A stretch of DNA of 64,000 bases from Octopus vulgaris (lineage: Eukaryota): contig OX597825.1 in the NCBI GenBank assembly GCA_951406725.2, positions 83,452,001 to 83,516,000 on the forward strand, given 5' to 3'. Positions 57,575-64,000 of this stretch are shown in pieces (position 1 is the first letter of the stretch; each line of letters starts with the position of its first letter). The notes beneath the pieces were generated by a model. It had not been told where the DNA came from and made no database searches. It saw only the letters and a list, made by a program, of their open reading frames with translations. The translations under genes were made by a program, and so were the position numbers.

Positions 57575-57956
57575 TCTCTCTATATATAAACGGCAGTTTG
57601 TCTGTGTGTGTTTCTGTGTGTCTGTTAGGTTGTACCCTCACCCTGACCACGGCTTTCAACCGATTCTGATGAAACGTGACACACACATAGCCCAATGTCA
57701 TAATTCAAAACTAACGCAGCGAAAATTTTGAAAAAGTTCCCCCAATTCTGAAAAAAATCGATAAATTCGACATGGGGTCGAGAATCAGAAACACAAACCA
57801 CAGACTGTCTAGGGGACGCAACTCGACCTTTTTAACTCTCAAAAAAATTTACCATTTTTTTCCCCATTTTTTTGCTATTTTTTGGCTATAACTCTCTAAA
57901 AATGCTTTATAGTTATTTCCCTTACAAACCCGAGCAACGCCGGGCGATACTGCTAG
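57575..57956 (+). mobile_element. Non-autonomous Helitron-like element
   Basis: A|TC start with TATATATAAA; same 3' hairpin-CTAG|T end as 38751 and 18907. Confidence 0.85.
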
Positions 57957-59502
57957 TAACAGATAAATCTCGCTAAAATTATACGCTACCGTCTTCAATT
58001 AAGAACATTGGAAATGTGATCTTTGCTTCGCTTCACACGATAGACTAGCGGAAGAAGGGTGGACATCTTGCCTTTGATCATAGCTAGTCTTGATCAATCA
58101 CAGTTGGTCTGCGGCCGAATAACAAGGGATGCAAATTGTGAAGGTGAACTCTGAAGTTGATATAAGTGGAATTTGTAGAGAGAACGCATGCATTCATCGG
58201 TCAGGGGGAACGGGTGCTTTAAACTGGCTTTGTGCGTTCAAAACATATTTGTTTACAGCGATGATTTCCTTCATGATAAAGCACAGTGATTGGTTTCTTA
58301 CGAGTTTGAATACCTCAGAAGTATATTTGAACAGATACCAAATTTATATCTGTACATATTTCTTTTTAACGATTCTAGTCCGTACTTTAGATGTACTCTA
58401 TCTGAATAAATAATGATACTGACAAAGTTCGAACAAGTTTATCAGCGACTACAGAAAAAGTACAACCTACAGCCTCAAAATCAGGGAGCCTTGACAGTAG
58501 GAATAGCAATCCAATCGCCTTTAAGTACTAATTGACCATCTTTGAAAACAAAATAGTGCCATAGAAGTAACGTAATTATTCAGTTCAGGTTGTCTCTCAC
58601 CAGAAATATTCTCCATCAGAGATGATCTTACACTAATTACCAACAACAGCAGCCGCACCAGCTGCAGCATTCTAAGGTACTTTATACAAAATCTTGTTTA
58701 AAATGGTGAAATTAATGGTGAAGCGCAATTAATAGATTTGCTTAATTCTACTTCATTAATTGTACACCAAATGATAAGTGAGAAATCCCTAATGTTATTA
58801 TATTACCATTTGGCACCTATTTTTTATAAAAAGTAATTAGTCGTTAATTCAAATGCAATGAAATATTTTAGTCGCATACTTTCATACAGTAATCAGTTGT
58901 TTTTCCCTTTATTTTTCATTATATTGATACTTTAAAGGAAATGTTACACATTAAACGAGATTATTTGAATGTTTATAAGTTTTGTAGTTGTTCAATTATT
59001 CTCATTTGTATCTAAAAAAACATACAAACATGAAAATCGATCGATGAACAAACATTTTAAGTAGGTTAGAGCAAAGTGACAGTGACTGAAAGACAAACAG
59101 ATGCGAAGATGGAGGAAAAAAGAAACAGAGAGTGAGAGACAGAGAGACAGATACAGAGAGACAGACAGACAGACAAACGGACGAACAGTGAGAAGTGGGA
59201 ACTGAATGATATAAACGAGAGAGAAGGAAACATAGAGGGAAAAGGGAATGAAGCAGAAAAAGGAGAGAAAAATACAAAGAAACGTGAGATTGTAAAACAG
59301 AGGCAAAGAGAGGAAGTAGCAGGAAGAGAAGTATAGGGAAGAGGAAATACAGAGAGTGAGTGACGGAAGAGGGTAAGGGGGAGCAGGGTGAGGGAAAGGA
59401 ACAGCAGTAGCTAAGAATCAGATGTGGATATTCTTTGAGACTCTCAGTAATAAAACTGAAGTTTAGATACACACACACACACACACACACGCACATACAC
59501 AC

Positions 59503-59539
<37 letters not shown>

Positions 59540-59559
59540 AATTTTAACAACTGACCCTC

Positions 59560-59945
59560 TTAAAATCTGGGATGGAACGGGAATTTGTACTTAACAATGT
59601 GGTGTTCATCAAGGATTCTACACCATGCCATGGGTCAAAAGCAACAGAGATTTTCCTTGGTGGGAAAGTGCCAATTTTTTAACGGCCAACATCTGTCCCA
59701 GTAATAGCTCAAATCTCAACCTTTTCGGTTACTATTTATGGGGCATACTTAAAGCAAAGACCAATGCTTCACTACACTCGAGTGTCAATAGTTGCAGCAG
59801 CTGCAAAAAATTGGTCTCGCTTGGAAGCAGTAATTGCCCAAAAGGGCGGCCATATTGAGCGATAACTGTTTTGTTGTAATAAATGTTACGTTAAAATTAT
59901 ATCTATCTACTACTTTTATTTTAGCATAAACAGTTTTATCCTGTA
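59560..59945 (+). mobile_element. Tc1/mariner transposase C-terminal remnant
   Basis: VVFIKDSTPCH and ICPSNSSNLNLFGYYLWGILK resemble FQQD.AP.H and WP.NSPDLNP.DY..WG motifs. Confidence 0.7.
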
Positions 59946-59997
<52 letters not shown>

Positions 59998-61013
59998 TCA
60001 CGATAGGCTTCTTACAGTTTCCCTTCTAATAATTTCCCAAATCCACTCATATGTGCCAGGTTGGCCCGGAGCTGTAGTAGAAGATACTTGCCCGTCTTGC
60101 TCATGGTGCTAAGGAGTAGGAATGAACCTGGAACGATGTAGTCGAGAAACGAAGTTCTTAGCACACAGCAACATAGTGAAATGCTGAACAGGTTAACCCC
60201 GGCCGATTTGAACCCAGAGTGCAGTGTTTCGGATGTATTACCGCAAAGTGACCTAACAATTTATGGGGTCTGCATATCGGCCGTCTTAATAGAATAAACG
60301 ATATGATTATATTCACCGTTTAAATCCCTCGTAATTCATATATATTCCCCTCTCTCTCCTTACAGCTCCCCTCAACCCAGCTTTATACAATTCCGTGTGT
60401 GAATATTCCAGATTGTTTTCGAGTAAACACTTTATAATCCATAATAATTAATTTCCTGTCAAACTGCAAGAGAATCCTTGAGAGAGTAGCATCCTTGACA
60501 AACATGATTTTTCAACTATTATCAGAACGTTTTGAACCAGATACAACGAGATATTCTAATTGTCATATATTTCTTCCGTATCAGAAAACGTTTATGTATT
60601 AAAACTAATTTTATAGACATTTCTTAATTGCTAATGAGAAATACGTGATATTGATCAGAAACCGAGCAGCAATTATTGCGATGCGTTTAACAACAATAGC
60701 GTCTTGAAAATTATGGTTTAGTTGTCATTAATTATCTGATGTTGAAGCTAAGATTAAAAGGAATAAGATATAGACTTAATAATTAAGGTCTCATAACGCA
60801 AGACACAGATTTGCCATGCTAATGCTTAAACCAAGTATTAAATATCTAATGTATTGGAAATATTACAAATTATTCCTTAATCTTTTAATGGAGGAAGAGA
60901 TTTTGGGCCATGCATATGTGTGTGTGCGTTCGCGCGTTTGTGTGTGTTTTGTGTGTGTTTGTGTTGTGTGTGTGTTTTGTGTATGTTTGTGTATGTGCGT
61001 TCGAGTGTTTGTG

Positions 61014-61049
<36 letters not shown>

Positions 61050-61454
61050 GTTTAGCCGTCACTCGCAAGCAGATATGATCTGGTAGCGTGGAGAATGCTG
61101 TCACTAAAAAATATATAGGTGCTTATCCTTTCGCGAGCAATTGTAGGAACCTTCTGAAACGTTCCACACGTGACCCAGCAAAAGATCGAGAATTAGACGG
61201 AAAAAGGGATGAAAAAAACAGTCAGGTAGCACATATTTTCAGCCGAGTTGACTGGACTAACTTGGAAAGTAATAATGATCTGCAGGTTCACCATATTTTA
61301 TTATGCAACCAAAATATATGCAACATATATTAAATATTTTTACATATCAAGACTGTGATCTACTGTGTTAGCAGTGTTATTATATCTCCACATATTTTCT
61401 ATGGAAATAATAAAGAGCAATGAGTAGTATATTATGGAAACACAGTGGAACACA

Positions 61455-61860
61455 ATTTTCTTTTCAACTCTAGGCACAAGGCCTGAAATTTTTGGGGAAG
61501 GGGCCAGTTGATTAGATCGACACCTGTAAGCAACTGGTATTTAATTTATCGACCCCGAAAGGATGAAAAGCAAATTCGACCTCGGCGGAATTTGAACTCA
61601 GAACGTAAGACAGACGAAATACCTATTTCTATTTCTGTACTACCCACCAGGGGCTAAACACAGAGGGGACAAACAAGGACAGACAAACGGATTAAGTCGA
61701 TTATATCGACCACAGTGCGTAACTAGTACTTAATTAATTGACCCTGAAAGGATGAAAGGCAAAGTCGACCTCGGCGTAATTTGAACTCATAACGTAACGG
61801 CAGACGAAATACGGCTACGCATGTCGCCCAACGTGCTAAAGTTGCTGCAGCTCACCGCCT
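61455..61860 (-). mobile_element. SINE family A nested dimer
   Basis: Junction AGAAATA|GGTATTTCGTCTG at ~61623; the second unit has the shorter alternative tail. Confidence 0.88.
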
Positions 61861-62508
61861 CACAGGTATCAATTATTAAAATCGTTCTCACTATCTGATT
61901 GCTGTTTATGTAATGAATGTCAAGGTCGCATTCGTTGGAATGGGAACGCACATGAATATATTTAATTTGTTATCCTACTAATTTTGTCTACACACTCTCA
62001 TATAATATAATATACATATATATATAATATACATATGTAAATATTTTAATCGTGGAATTGCAGTCATCTTGCGGCCCTGCCTTGAAAAGTGTAGTCGATA
62101 AATTCGAACTTAGTATGAATTTTTGTACTCTTGTACTTATTCTAGCAACCTGTTTTTCCGAACCTCTAAGCTACCGAAACGTAAACTAACCACCACCGGT
62201 TTTTATTGATAGTGAGAAAATGTAAAGGCGCGCACACACTTTAATTGAAGACACTTGCCCAAGATGCAACCTCTTAGTGGTGAACTTATTTACCGCACAA
62301 CCATAGTATCTAATAAAACATTTTCCAGCAATAAACAGACTGGAGTTGATTCTGTTGATTACACTCCTGTCTCGGCAAATATACGAGCCCAACTAAACAA
62401 TATTACATTTATTGTGTTGTGAGTTAGCTGCGTCTATAAAAAAAAAGATTTTATCTCATTGCAACATATGTGGACGCGAAAGACACTGATAGAAGCTAAT
62501 CATGAATA

Positions 62509-62735
62509 AGGTGGCGAAATGGTAGAAACGTTAGAACGCTGGGCGAAATGCTTAGCTGTATTTCGTCTGCCATAACGTTCTGAGTTCTGAGCCGAGGTCG
62601 ACTTTGCCTTTCATCCTTTCAGGGTCGATAAATTAAGTACCAGTTACGCACTGGGGTCGATGTAATCGACTTAATCCGTTGTCTGTCTCTGTTTGTCCCC
62701 TCTATGTTTAGCCCCTTGTGGGCAATAAAGAAATA
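62509..62735 (+). mobile_element. SINE family A, full length with imperfect TSD
   Basis: AAGCTAATCA(T/G)GAA on both flanks. Confidence 0.9.
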
Positions 62736-63254
62736 ACAAGCTAATCAGGAAAGGGTTCGCTTTGAATTACAGGAAAACAGGTTTAATCCCACAACTTGGC
62801 ATACAAAACCATTATTATTTTTTTATGAATGTTCCGGATCGACTTCAGTCACGGAAACACGGAAAATGTGTACAAAGCTTCTCAAATGGATTTCAAGTGT
62901 AATTTCATGATACAACTTTGGAAGATGTTGGACTACATTGACTCCATCTAAGAATTATATGGTTCCCATATATAAAGACTACTCGGCTGCTTACACGTTA
63001 ATATCATGAGGAAGGCGTTCGGTTGGGAGGACACATGAACGCTCACCGTCGAAACTGATGGCGGATCCATGAGATATATGAAGGAATCAAACAGCAACAC
63101 TGGTTTTAACTCGTTCGATTACTCATGTTTCTTGGGAGCTAATTATTTTAAACCACATAACGTAAGAAAATATTAATATTCAGTGAAATTAATCCGAAGA
63201 TAATTAATTTGGTAAGTACGATTCTTTAATTAATTTAAGCTATAGAAGTTAGCA

Positions 63255-63480
63255 GGCACTCCGTCGGCTACGACGATGCGTGTTCCATTTGATCTCATCA
63301 ATGAAATATATTACTCTTGAAAGTAACGTGCAAGTGGCTGAGTACTCCACAGACATGCTTACTCTTAATGTAGTTCTCAAAGAGACTCAGAGAGACTCAG
63401 CGAGACATAGGGCTGGCCCTTTGAAATATAGGCACAACTCATTTTTTCCAGGTGAGTGGACTGGAGTAACGTCAAATTAA
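63255..63480 (-). mobile_element. SINE family C, 3' part, diverged
   Basis: Similar to 11450-11665. Confidence 0.75.
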
Positions 63481-63681
63481 GTATGACTGAATGAGATAAT
63501 AAAAACCATAGCGATCACAACTATACAGGTCACGTGGAATATAGTCGAAAAGTTGTTCATTATATTCCAAAGGTAAAACAAGTCAGGATTACAAAAAAGC
63601 TTTCAATAAATACGATAACAGCAAAAATATTTTACAAGATTTTTGGCCCAGATGTCATTCTCTCTATCTATTTCCTCTTAT

Positions 63682-63720
63682 TCATTTCTACTGAAGATCG
63701 CAGACTCGAAACGTAAACGA
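63682..63720 (+). ncRNA. Degenerate minimal hammerhead motif in a short interspersed element (~63650-63815)
   Basis: TTT-CTACTGAAGA-TCGCAGACTC-GAAAC-GTA-AA: core-like segments and palindromic ACGT stem III; stems I and II are imperfect. Confidence 0.5.
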
Positions 63721-63847
63721 CTTATCCATTTTTCCCGAGCGTCAAGCTAATACACTCGCTTGTTGTTCATACACCTATCTCTGTCTTTTGTTTTTTTTTT
63801 ATAAATTTGAACTATATGTGTGTGTCTGTATCTATCTGTGTGTGTGT

Positions 63848-63896
<49 letters not shown>

Positions 63897-64000
63897 TATT
63901 AAGTACTGTTCTTTTGATATTTACCGTTCGTCAATTAAATCGTTAGTATGAACATCCTCGAAGCGACAACAAGTAGCAAAAATAAAATGACTACTGTTAC

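Overview
AT-rich, microsatellite-dense eukaryotic DNA with no confidently identifiable host protein-coding exon. The repeat content is most consistent with an octopus/cephalopod genome (inference). Almost all ORFs in the supplied track are microsatellite artefacts. Real coding remnants are all transposon-derived: a 5'-truncated Penelope-like retroelement (RT + GIY-YIG, minus strand, ~150-3397), R4/Dong-type RLE retrotransposon pieces in (TAA)n arrays, and Tc1/mariner remnants. The rest is three tRNA-derived SINE families, non-autonomous Helitron/Helentron elements and a hAT-type MITE. Three signals stand out. (1) A 352-bp partial-tandem, retrozyme-like element carries a well-formed minimal type I hammerhead ribozyme with a variant CCGAUGA core, and its 5' end lies at the predicted cleavage site. 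(2) Several further hammerhead motifs in unrelated short elements are present, including an inverted pair. (3) The Penelope element has an ORF1/RT overlap containing an in-frame U_UUU_UUA slippery heptamer, suggesting programmed -1 ribosomal frameshifting. All calls come from reading the sequence by eye; boundaries of degraded repeats are approximate.
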